A stretch of 64,000 nt of DNA, taken from assembly GCA_051362555.1 (NCBI GenBank), contig CM120644.1, positions 16,390,534 through 16,454,533 on the forward strand. Direction: 5' to 3'. A program made the position numbers and the translations under genes. Every line of letters begins with the position of its first letter. Position 1 is the first letter of the stretch. The notes under the pieces were generated by a model that saw only the letters and a list, made by a program, of their open reading frames with translations, searched no databases and was not told the origin of the DNA. The DNA comes from Lingula anatina (taxonomy: Eukaryota > Animalia > Brachiopoda). Positions 27,838 through 43,983 of the stretch are shown piece by piece.

Positions 27838-30343
27838 CTAAAACGGTAACACTTTCCAATTATTTCTAAGACTGTTTATTGAATTACCAAGCCTTTGTTG
27901 TATCAACATCTCTATTTTCTGTGAAGTCAATGACTGTGACATATAAATAATTGCTTGGACTGTGGACAGGTAGATTTTTAGAATGTGTAAATTTAGTGTT
28001 ATGACCATTCGATTTTTTCAAAAGAACTATTGATTTGATTCAAGTTTTTTCAATGTAGCTGTTACTTCATGATTTAAAATAAATGCCACGGTTCGTCTTG
28101 TTAATAATGATATTAAAATGCAATGCAGTCCAGTTTTATTGAAATTTGTATTCGGACCACTTAATCCTGATGCAGACCAGTATATTTCAGGAAAGTTGTA
28201 GTCCGAATGGCCAGTAAGGTGAAAAGTTTATGGCACAGACTGCAACTGAAAAAAATCATTTTGAATATTCTATTTCTCTCCCCAACAACACGGATTACCT
28301 TTAAGGGTTTTCTAAATTCTATTTCAGTGAAACACCACATACCCTGGACGCTCCAGCAATGCAGCCACTTCGTAGTCAGACCGTGGCAGGACTCGCTAGA
28401 CGCTTCCCCAATGCAGCCACTTGGCAGGCTATGGCAGAACTCGCTGGCAACAAGGACTGATGGAAGTAGCTGAAGCGTTGGTGGTGTCCCTCTTCTCCTT
28501 GCTGTAGTGGGAACTCTAACGAGAATCGCCATAATGGAGTTCTGTTAACAGAAAGAAAAACAGATTAATGAGTTTTCCATACCTATGTCAGCCCTCTGCT
28601 TCCTGGACCTGAAATAAGAAGAAACCTGGAATGCATGGAAATATATGCAATTGCACAACAACAATAAGCTGAGAACAGTAGAAAACCGATGATGTTTCCT
28701 GCGAAGATTCCTGAGCGACGATTCCTCGTGGAGAGAAACGAAGGTTTTAGCTGGCCAGCTTAGAGAAGCGTCGAATCCACCGTCCAGACGACTGTGTGCG
28801 CAAGAAACAGTACGCCGATGAGCGATGCGCTGACTTTGGAAGAGGAAAATATCTGGAGAAATGTGAGTCGATTCCTGTGTCCTTTTTGCTTGATGCGGGG
28901 CGCAGCACATGGCATCCTTCTTGTTGTCCCAGATCTGCCTGCGTTGAGTGAACGAAATTTCAAAATTTCGCGCTTTTATACCTTCAGTGAAATATAGTCA
29001 CATGGTGGCGTTCTTGTTGCCACCAATGGTCAACTTGTTCATAGGGGATGGCGTTTGATAGTGATGCACAGATTTGATAATAATATCTTATAAACATATA
29101 TACATTTTCTACTTTGATAATTCTGTTTATCACTTAATTTTGTAATAAGAATAATAAGCACTAAGCAGTGACTTCGAAATGTACAGGCAAATTTGATGAC
29201 AATTTCTGAGCAACATACCTTCTCCCCAAAATTATGATGGGCACAATGTCCGTTAAACTGGTACAGGTAGCCGTGAACTTCTCGCAGGCCACTGCAGTGC
29301 GTGTGTATTGGAACACTGATCCAAAATATGGGTAATGTAATAGAGCGTAGGGTGACTGCATTTGAGGCAGCCTGAGGGAGCATGATTGTTTTGATTGTAG
29401 TGAATTATAGTTACTGGTACTGGTAGCATGTACAGCCACCTCAGCACTATGAAATACATTTTGTAATCAACTGATATTTTGAGAAATGAAAAACAAGTTA
29501 TTGTGATTTTACGAAACGAAAGAAAGCAGCATTAGGTACTGTAATATGAAAAAGGCTTGATTAACTTCTACCAGGCAGTAGAAACAAATGAATATTTTTT
29601 ACATATAAAACGTCTATTGATATAGATAATTGTCAACAACGGACGCCTCCCTTCATGGCTTCGGGTTATCTGTAGGCTATTCTTATGCGAAAAGCATGAA
29701 TAAAGGTAAAAACGAAACAAATCATAATAAGACAATAAGATAAAAATTGAAATTAGATATTTCTCATTTATACGTTTACTTTATCCCCTTAAACCTCTGT
29801 TGAAAACTGTAGGGCCTACTTAACTGGACTGGACTTAAATTAAACCATCGTTACTCAGTGGCGGATTTAGGGGAGGTGTCAGGGGGGTCTTGACCCCCCC
29901 CTCTTCGATATCTGAAAAAAATCACACCAATGGTCCCCTCTTGAAATTAGAATTTGAACTAGCTAAATCATAGTTCTATAAACCGTACCAAATAGCACGT
30001 AGGCTACCATTCGCCCTGTAAAATACCCAAAAATTTTCGGGGCATGCTGAAGGTCCCAAAACCCCACGGGGGTGGGGGGTGGGGTAGGGGGTGAGGGTCG
30101 GCTTCATATCCGCGGATGCCCCCCTTCAAACAATCCTGGACGACGATCAAAATGGTTTATTTTTTAAACGAATTAAACGGACATACCGGTACATTTGCCA
30201 CTCCTTTTAATTAAATTTATAATGATAAATTTATTTTTTTTTCATCAATTTATTTATTTCCATTTTGCTGTGTGTAGTGTTTAAAGTACTTTTACGTCGC
30301 TTTCAGGTTCACTGATCGATTAGGTGACAGACTCAACCGACAC

Positions 30344-30407
<64 letters not shown>

Positions 30408-30697
30408 GTCAAGACAAGCCTATCCCAAACCGTTGTTTAGAAGGAATTGAACTGATTGAGAATCTTCTAGACACTACTATAAAAAAATTCAGTGGATAAA
30501 GTGGATAATTGATTTAATAGGGAAATGCACTAAATGCACAGACAAAATAAAATACTCGACAATACGACCGGATATATGTAAGCCTATCTTGGGAATTCCG
30601 TGCAGGGTGTTTCTAAATTCTATTTATTTTGTCTTGGGTCTAATATGACTGTGGTTATGGTCTCGGAATAATCAAAGCTTTCTATCTCTGGATATTC

Positions 30698-33600
30698 ATG
30701 GTTTCTCTCTCTTTGATGCTATATGGAGGGCTAGTGATCTCAGTGCTTCTTTTATTTAAGAAAATGAGCAACGTTAAGAGTCCGTTTTTCAAAATTGGGT
30801 AAGTTAATTTAGATCGATTTTCATTTGAATGCCAAGTTTTACATTTACATTTCCTTACACAGCGTTTAACTCTATTGTTATCATAGATCGATTTTCATTT
30901 GAATGCCAAGTTTTACATTTACATTTCCTTACACAGCGTTTAACTCTATTGTTATCATTACATTTAATGTTTTTATTAATGAAAGTAGAAGAAGAAGAAT
31001 GTGTGACGAGACTATATGAATGATCATGCTTACCAGTAGTCAAAATGACCTTTCAGTTTTACATATATTTTGTTATTATTATTCTACTACTAATAATCCC
31101 TGATGTTTAGTTGCGATCCACTCGCTGTGAGCAAGTGACTCGGCAAGTGGATCAAACATTACTACGGTGTGGTGATAAAATGCTTCGTTTATGTGTATTG
31201 TGTAGTTGTGCTGCTAACTATCCATCAAAATATCTATTTATTTATTTGATGCAGTTAGATGTAAAGTCCATGATCTGATGATTGTGCCTTGTACATGTAC
31301 CATATGTACAGGTATATATGTGAATGTCTACGGACCTGTCTTATCTTTGAGTAATATAACCACTTCCTCCATAAACAAGTATTAATTGTGTGTGTAATAA
31401 AGCTTCTTTTATGATTATATTGCAGTTTTCACTTTTCAGGTATTTCCTATACTCTCGCACAAGAATTGGTCAGTACTACTTCCAGAGGGAGTTGTCCAAA
31501 GCCAAACAGAAATTTGAACATGGCCATTCTGTTACACAGGACACTCAGTTTGATGGTAATTAATAGAATTAGGCCACTGTTAGGAATATGTTTGTTTTAC
31601 AGTGGCCCTTTATGCACCTGCAGGGGTGAAAGTTTTCAGGCTCATGCCTGAGTTCAGGGTATTCGGTCTTCAGTTTGATTTTTTTCATATACCAGTATGG
31701 TCTTAATGTGATGAGATGTTGTATATTGAAAGCTATGTTTTTAGGATTTTCCGTTTTTAAAACTGTCATCCATGCACCTATGTGTCTTACTAAAATGCTC
31801 TGTGACTGTGAGCAGGCAAGTTCAGCATTTAGATTGAATTAAACAGGGACTTATATTGAACAAGGATAGATTAAAAGAATAATGAAAAGAAAAGAAATAA
31901 GTTTGTAATCTAATTTGATGATGAATGTACCAGTTGTTGAGCTCGCGACAGTCAAAAAAAAAAATAAAATTATAATTTATTCAACCCATGTGCATGCACA
32001 TGCACTTCAAAAAGGCAATATAACATATTTTAATGAATTTGATGAATGTGAAATCGTAATTTTAATCTGTTCATGTGAACACACTCAGAAGACAGGGAAG
32101 GTGTCTATTATTTATATTATTATTATTATTATTATTTGGAACTATTTTGTCTAAATCAAGTGAGTATTTTTTTCTAGGATTGAAGATCCATCCAATTCCA
32201 ATGTCTGAAGACAACTATGCCTATCTTGTCATTGACCAGAAAAATGATGTGTCTATATTAGTGGACCCTGCAGATCCCGAAGTCGTCCAGGTATGACAAG
32301 ACCTGTTCATATCCTGACTAACTTAGACCTGTCTAAATGACATCATCATATGACCAGATGACATAGAAATAGCTACTGTGCCTCAGGATTTTAAATGTAA
32401 AATCATGCAGTATTAGAATCCAAGGGGCATTTGCATTGAGTTATATAGATATTATTTATTTCAAAGAATAATGATATTCAGTTTCCTGTTTATCATTGTA
32501 CTTATTCTGCTCAATTAAATAAATTATGCATAGATATACATAGAAATTGGCATAATATGAGCATATGTATATATATATACAAAAGTACGTAGAAACAATA
32601 TGCAGGCCTGTGGCCATTGGGTGTGTGTGTGTGGGAGGGGGTGCATTATGTTGAATGAAACTTTAATCAAGGTTATATGACATTTCTCAAGATGGGTCAA
32701 CTCATGCTCTCTCTCTCTCTCTTTCTGTTTTGATTTATGAAAGCATATAAAAAATAAATGAATATTTTTTAGGAATACATTGACAAGGAAAAAGTGACAC
32801 CTTCAGCAATACTGACAACACATAAACACTGGTGAGTGTGACAGAAATTTGTGGTAAACTGATTTTATATGAAAATAGCATGTTACTTTTTAAAATGAAT
32901 CATTATCATGGTAACCCCTTTTAAAGATATTAGATTTTTGTTTCTGTGCCTGAAGTAGCAATTCTTCATGAATATGAACAAAGATGATGGTTTTTGGATG
33001 ATTTACTTATTTTTGAACTATTTTATTACAACAAAAATTAAGAATGGCAATACTTTTAAATTAATATCTCTGTCACTGGTCACCGTGGCTGCAGAAAACT
33101 ACTGGTTGCAGGCCCATAAGAAGGGGGCTTAAAACAGCCTTTTTATCCAGAAGAGGTCAGCTCTGAATCAACATATGATCCAGACTGCATTACTTCTCAA
33201 GCAGAGTCAACTAAATGGTGTTAAAAGGTTAATTTTTTTCAGAAAAGGCCTATGTGGAGGGAAATCTAAATATCACTGGCCAGAGATGAAACTGTAGACA
33301 ATGTGAATTTAATCTTCAAAGACTAGAAAATTTAACTTTAAATTTTAAATTCTATACCAGCCTGTTGCCAAACTGAGTTCCATATTTGGAAAGGTTGGTT
33401 CTGTCATAACTGGTATTTAATATTTAAATTAATGTATTTGATATTTTTAAAAATTAATGTCAAAGTGTTTTTCTTAGGGATCACAGTGGGGGAAACAGTG
33501 AATTCAAGAGGAGATACAGGGACATTCTAATCTATGGAGGTGCCATGGATAGCATACCAGCTGTTACCAAGTAAGGCTCCATGGAGAGTTTACCAGTTAT

Positions 33601-35252
33601 TAACATGTAACAGCTCTTTTTATGTAGGGTTTTTTTCATGAGTACTATATTTCCTTGGTGCTGGTAGGTTACGGCTTAAGTGGAAGCTGAGTTACACTAA
33701 AAACATTATGTATATCCTTTAAGAGGTTAAAAATCATTAAGAATGTAAGATCTAAATTTTAAAGTAAATATTATCATAGAACTACAATTTTACATTTTCT
33801 TTAAAAATTTTTTGCACACCTTTTTCGGACTGAATCTTTCAAAAAAAAAAAAAAAAAAACATTTGAGTCAAGTCAGCAACACACACTTTGTGCAATTTTT
33901 GCATAACTGTTTGATATTTTTAGGTGTAGTGTCTCACCTTAAGAATGTAAGATCTTAATTACTGAACATATTTATCCACACTGAAAAGTACTGTAGTACT
34001 GGTATACTACAGCCAAAAATTTTGGACATATCATAATTGAAACCTTTAATTATTAGTGACACTTTGTTATTCTAGCCCTGTCGCAGACGGTGACAACATC
34101 GAAGTGGGCAGTCTCAGGTTTAGGGTCAAGTTTACACCTGGCCACACGGTGGGTCATGTGGTGTACATACTGGACGGCAGCCCCTTCAACTGCCCCAACA
34201 GCCTATTCTCTGGTGACCACTTGTTTATCAGCGGCTGTGGTGAGTTTGACTGGACAACTACAACTTTTAACTTCTAACTAAGACTTTAGCAAGTGAGGCA
34301 ACATGTGTCATTTGGTCTGCTATTAGCCTCAGAAAAAGTCCTATATTTCCATAGACGGCTTGATGGCTTCCAAAATTTTTGAGTTGGTTGGGGGGGGATG
34401 GGTTAGGGGTGCTCGGCTTTGCATCCACGGACCCCCTGGATCCTGTATCCACCCCTGAATTGTTGACCTATTCACAATTTTACCCCATTGAAAAGATCGA
34501 GTCATTACCGTACCCTCTACCACAGACTGCTTTCACACCAAATGTTCAAGGTTACATCTCTGGGGCAATTCTATACATTCCTTTACTGTGTACCAGAAAC
34601 CATTTATTATTTAAAGAAACAAATGGGCATACCTGAAACATGGAAATTTTAAGGGGAGAAGCTGACCCTCATAATCTTTCAAAGTCAGTCCATGAAAATG
34701 CTTATTTTAGAAGCAATATACATCCAGTGCACGTCCCAGGGAGACATATTCAATGCTATTTTGATTCTTGAATTTTTTTTAGGCAGAATGTTTGAAGGTC
34801 CTCCCACTACCATGCTGAGGTCACTGGATAGCCTGCTGGAGTTGTCAGACTGCACATTAGTTTGGCCAGGTGAGTTCTCAGGTTATTCAGGGGCGCATCC
34901 AGAAAAATTTTCTGACAGTCTTCCAAATTATCTTTGTTGATCCTTCCTCCATTTTTGACCATCTTCCGACAGAACAAAATTAGATACCTGTTAATGTAAA
35001 CTTAAAAATTTGACCGTCTTCCGGAAGACCCAGAGGACGGCCTAAATCTGCCCCTGTAATTAGTATGGCCAGGTGAGTTATCAGGTTATTGGTATAGCCA
35101 GGTGAGTTCTCAGGTTACAAGTTGTTAGTTTTCAACACCTTATGGGGCTGTACCCTCCCCAGGAAAGTACTAAAACATTTTGTCTTAAACCATGGTTAGC
35201 ACGTAGAACATAAGACTAAGCTGTGCTGTGTTTGACATGCAACATGCACATC

Positions 35253-35284
<32 letters not shown>

Positions 35285-36144
35285 TATATGCACTTCGCCT
35301 GCGGCTCGACAACAACCTCATTATATTTCACATACAGCTCGGTGACTCGTATTGTATCTGTCACTTAATGTCATCTTTTATGAGACAGTGAAATGTGGTG
35401 TATAAGAACCAGGCTTTTTTCTTTTATTTACGTTAAAATATCCCCCATATTTAATTTACTGAGGATAGCAGGTTATAACAGTCAACAAAACCTGCAACCT
35501 TTAATTTTTATCTCTTAATTCCAGGACACGAGTATGCCAGAGATAACCTGGAGTTCTCGTCCCACCTGGAGCCTGATAATGAGGAGATAAAGGAGAAACT
35601 GGCACATGTTCTACAGCTGAGGCAATCTAGGGCCTGCACCGTAGGTTCCATTCTCTGCTGAAACATAAATTCTAAATTTAAATGGATATTTATGCTTTAA
35701 AATATTTTAGGTCAATTTGTTATCTTTTCAGTTTGATCCCTTAGAGGTTTACTGGATTAAATGTGTGTGTATGTGCTGTGTGCTCATGTACAGTTGGATC
35801 AGTTGTCAATTCTCCCTGTGTGCTATTATTGGATTAATTTTTACCAGTTATTATTGCACCTTTCATGCTGAAAATTGGTTTAAGTTAAACCAGTTGTGAA
35901 CAGGCCTTGTCTGCTATAAATGGATTAAGTTGGGCCAGTCATGAACACACCTTTTGTATTGCAGGCTCCATCCAACATGGGGGAGGAGAAGAAACTGAAC
36001 CCATTCCTGAGAACCAGTGAGGAGAAAATGTTGCAAATCTTGGGCTTTGAACAAAAACCAACAGTTGAGGAAAATTTTGCAGTCAGGGCCAAGGCCCTGG
36101 CAGAGATCAGAGAGAGGAAAGACAAGTTCAAATATAAATTGTAA
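30698..36144 (+). CDS. PNKD: PNKD-like probable hydrolase (glyoxalase II / metallo-beta-lactamase fold); exons 30698-30798, 31440-31555, 32178-32290, 32773-32831, 33478-33570, 34076-34239, 34783-34869, 35525-35640, 35965-36144
   Basis: GT-AG exons join in frame. Protein reads YFLYSRTRIGQYYFQRELSKAK..GHS, PIPMSEDNYAYLVID, THKHWDHSGGN (HxHxDH), TPGHTVGHVVYILDG, LFSGDHLFISGCGRMFEG, WPGHEYA, NPFLRT, colinear with human PNKD as recalled. The start ATG at 30698 precedes a hydrophobic segment and is the least certain part. Confidence 0.92.
30810..30957 (+). repeat. Exact tandem duplication (2 x 74 bp) at the start of PNKD intron 1
   Basis: TAGATCGATTTTCATTTGAATGCC...CTATTGTTATCA occurs twice. Confidence 0.9.
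34888..35056 (-). mobile_element. MITE family with CAGGGGCGGAT TIR, copy 3 (PNKD intron 7)
   Basis: Reverse-complement match to 19543-19709; flanks TTATT/TAATT. Confidence 0.85.
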
Positions 36145-37921
36145 CAAAGGCAGAAGAATTTCATTGGACAGTTGTCAACCGTTTTTACATAGATTGATTG
36201 CTGCAGTATCAATAGCAAACTTTTTAACTAAGTATGAAAGTGGACTATTTATCAGATCCTACTTGGTCAAGGATCTGTGACCCTGGGTCATGACCTAACT
36301 GTATGACCCCAGGTCGGGTCGTGACCTCACTGAATGACCCCAGGTCAGGGGTCATGGGAATATACATACAGTTAGTACATGCAAATATTTCACTTTATAC
36401 AGTCTAAACTCAAAACCAACTTTTTTTTGTGAAATGGGCCCCAGATTACATTGGACAGGGAATCTCATTAGTTTTACACGTGTCAGAGAAACTGTTTAGT
36501 AAAAATGAAACTGCAATTGATTGTAGCTTCCAGTACTGGCTGCTTTTTTTTTTCTTTTCAAATCTATTTTTTCTTGAGAAAAAAGAGAAATGTTTTCTTC
36601 TCCCGAATTTTTGCCTTACCTGTCCCTGCACTTGGATTAGATGTTTTAAACCATTTCTGATGGAATTAGTTCATTCTAAATGGCGGATGTCTTCCTGACA
36701 TTTTATACAAAAGAAAAATAACCAACAGGCATTTTTTATTCAAGGGGTATTATCATTATAAAGGTCTGAATCAGAAAAGACAATAAACTTTGTTAGATAT
36801 TATGACATGAAAATATGATTTTGGGACATTTTCAAATTTAAAAAAAAAAGCTTCAACTTTTCATATTTACGGTCTGTTGTCCTACGTGTACACTGCTCTG
36901 TACCCTGAGTAACTGGACATACCACTGTATGACAGACAGCATGCTGACAGTAGGAGAGGTGCATTAACAGTGACCTCTCACATCCAGGGTACTGCTCTGA
37001 TGCTGGGCAACTGAAAATTTACATACTTATAATTTATTAATTTCCAGTAAGCAAAAGTTATCGCATCAAATGGGATGGTATACTGTTCCATTTTTTTTCA
37101 AAGTGAAAGGGATTCATCTCAGTAAATATATACAAAAACTGCAGCTCTCCTTAAGGACCAAATGCATTGCAAAACTATTAGATTTTAATTATTTTGTTTT
37201 GATCAACTTATCATTGCTATCTGTACAAGGAAGTTGCCTTTTTTTGTAAAATTAATGTAAATGGTCCAGGAGTAATTTTGTTATTAAAGGTCATGAAAAA
37301 ACAAACGTAAAACATTTTGCAATATTAATATATAAATGCCAGTGGTCGGTACCATTTTTATTTATTATTATTTTTAATTGTAAAATGTCAGTTGCTGTCA
37401 GGTGATTGCTCATCCCTCCGTTTTGATTTTCATCGAATGTTTTTGTAATTTCTTTGTTTTGTGTTCATGTTTTTATAAAATAACTTGCAAATAACGAGTT
37501 CAGCATGTTTTGATAAAAGCAGGCATTTTGACAAAAAATTTGAATTATTTTAACGTTTCATGTTAGAGATGCATTTTGAAGAGTACAAAATGTTTGTAAA
37601 GCCATGTGACCAACTTTTTAAGATTTGTATAATAATAAAGAATTTTTTAACAATTTGTCAGTTTCTATTATTTTGAATTCAGTAGGTTTTATATGTGTGT
37701 GCATTTTAAACACTGCTGCAGCTGTATTAAATAAAACTTTGGTTGTAACATATCATGTTGTATTGGGCTCATGTCCTCTAGAATTGAAATATGTGCATCT
37801 TGCATTTTTTTTTTTTTTTTTTTTAACTAGATATTACAACTTTGTTTTCATAGTGGGTGAAGAAAATGAAACCATATTTAACATGTGCCTGGAAACAGAT
37901 TCAGTTTTTGACTGTAAACTT

Positions 37922-38119
37922 AGACCCCATTCCCACAGATTTTAGATCGATCCATCCCTGTGGGGAGTCTCACTAGATTACTGTAAGCTTAGCCGGCTTA
38001 AGCGTCTGTCCCGCCTACTAAAAGCTGTAAGGGGGTAATTAACTATGGTGCCCCCAGGAAGTTAGGTCGATCTAAATCTAAATCTCTGGATCGATCTAAA
38101 TCTCTGGGAATGCACCCTG
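37922..38119 (+). mobile_element. MITE with CATTCCCA(C)AGATTT(T)AGATCGA inverted termini; second copy at ~59823-60037
   Basis: The two copies share GGGGAGTCTCACTAGATTACT, AAGCTGTAAG and GTTAGGTCGATCTAAA. Confidence 0.75.
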
Positions 38120-38294
38120 AGTGATACATGATACATATGAATACCAGTGAAGCTGCTTCTCTTAAACAACAGGGGAAATGATTGAGGGAATTTGTGAGAA
38201 ACATGCTCATCACCTTATTAAAAAAGCAATCCTGTGTTTAAGTTAAATATTTGTTTAATCATTTTTCCCATTCCACTTAACCAAAACTCTTTAC

Positions 38295-38585
38295 ACTGAA
38301 TGTTTATTCCCCCTTTTTGTTTGGTTCAACTCCCCTCTGACACTTTTATGCAAACCTTGAATGTTATTCCATTTTTACAGTTCAACTCAGCTCCGCGTAT
38401 ATGTAAAAAAAACAAAAACAAAAACAAAAAAAAAAACATTGAATGTGTTACCCCTTTTCAAAGTTCAACATGGCTCTAAATTGTGAAATAAAAAAAAAGA
38501 ATAAAAAAGTCAAATGTCTCATCCCGTTTTTTGGTTCAATTCAGCTCCAAGTTTCTCACAAAATCCTTGAATATGTGATCCCTAT
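38295..38585. repeat. Degenerate ~60-80 bp tandem repeat in the LSM12 3' UTR region
   Basis: About 5 copies of TGAATGT..ATTCCC..TTTT..GTTCAACTC. Confidence 0.65.
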
Positions 38586-38688
38586 TCTACCATGCTTCCT
38601 TCCCAGCCTCTGCGGTTCTTAGCTTTTCCTGACGCCCTTTTTTTGTCATTTTTCAGTTCATAGTTACCACTATAAATTACCAATTGTA

Positions 38689-42250
<3,562 letters not shown>

Positions 42251-43864
42251 TATTTTTTTTCCCCTAATAATGAGGTCATCATCAACATGACATAAAACAT
42301 AACAAGTACTTGTCAAAAATCTTTAAATCCGAAAAGCATCATTCAGATAATCTTGTACTTGATAGGTCGTTTTACGGAAATGATCTCACCAACGGAAAGA
42401 TAAATATATTTCCCCGAACTTAATTTTGGATAACTTCCAGATATTCCACAGTCTCACTCTCACTTCATTCTTTTCACATCCCGAGTTAAACCCATAAACC
42501 TTCTCCACTATTTAAAGGATGTACAAAATAGCATCAAGATCAATTTAATCCAACCTGACCAGAAATATTTGTTTACAACTGGATTCAATCTAAAATATAA
42601 TTAATTCGCTGGACAGTGTCTTAAGTTCATTCACAGCAAGGTAATGTAACACAATTAAGTGCATCACATTTAAGACAGGAAAGTTTATGGGGAATTGAAA
42701 ATTGTCCTTATGCTGACAGTTTGAGTGATTGAAATATGGTGTCTTATGACTTACTGGCATGACCAGGTAGATTTAGGACCTATGAAAACTGTTGATTTAC
42801 TTTGGTCATGAAAGTGTCTATAGTGAACAAATTTCTATATGTTTTTTCACCAAAATAAGCATGTTGCCAAATTAAATATGTCTCAGCTGTTTATTTTACG
42901 GAGAGCTGCCAATAAAAATTTACTAGTAATTCATAATTATTTTTAAAAGAAAAGGCAAAATAATTGTTTGATGATCAAATCACACATATAAGAGGATTAA
43001 AGGTACATACGAACCGAGCATCAGTGGAGCGTGGATTCCCAGTAACACATGTAAACCACTTCTACTAGATTCTTATATGACTCAAATAAATTTGACATGC
43101 CAAGGGATAAACTGAATAAATCACCCGATCAGCCATAAAAGAGTTTTAGAGTGCTCCTTTCTTTAAATTTTTGGTTGTCAATTTAACCTACTTTCGTGAC
43201 CTACTTTTCTGCCCCATTGACATACAGCATAGAATGCTAGCAGAAAAATCTGTTCAAACATCACTTTCCGGTAAAATTAAACAATGCCTTTTGGTAATTC
43301 TCTTAGTTATACTACTTGAAACTATATGCTGGCATTTGGTTGGTTTTTATGACAAAAAGTTGACTTTGTATGTATCTTTAATGACTTAGATGGTATGAAT
43401 TTGATTAAAAAAATGGAACTGGCTATTTGCACAGTCACATATTTAGTGAACCTAACATTAGAACCAGTCTCATCCCAACTCCTTCTTTTTTACTACCTCA
43501 TTATGGTTATTAAAAAAAAAAACATTAATATTATTTGTTAATAAATATGTTTTGAAAAAAAAACATGACCTCAGATTGCTCTTTCAGGTAAGTTTTTCTT
43601 CATGCAGGTCGATCATAGGGTGAACATTATAATCAATCTCATCCCACCTCATTATAGCTATTTTTAAAAAATCATTAATATTATTTATTAATTAATATGT
43701 TTTGAAAAAAAAACATGACCTCATATTGCTTGTTTAGCTAAGCGTTTCCTCTTACAGTACTGTCATAGGGTGAACATTATAATCGGTCTCGTCCCATTTC
43801 TGCACTTTTTACTACCTCATTGTAATTAAAAAAATCTTTTTGATTTATTTATTTATTTATTCAT

Positions 43865-43895
<31 letters not shown>

Positions 43896-43983
43896 TTTGA
43901 AAGAAAACCTTGATCTCAGGTTGCTCTTTCAGCTTAGTGTTTCGTTTTGCAGTACGGTCATAGGGTGAGCAGTTCAGTACAAG

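Noticed and set aside
28545-28997. GC-rich ORFs of 67-121 aa
   Set aside because: No recognisable domain or consistent exon structure; the implied 41-nt intron at 28542-28582 is doubtful.
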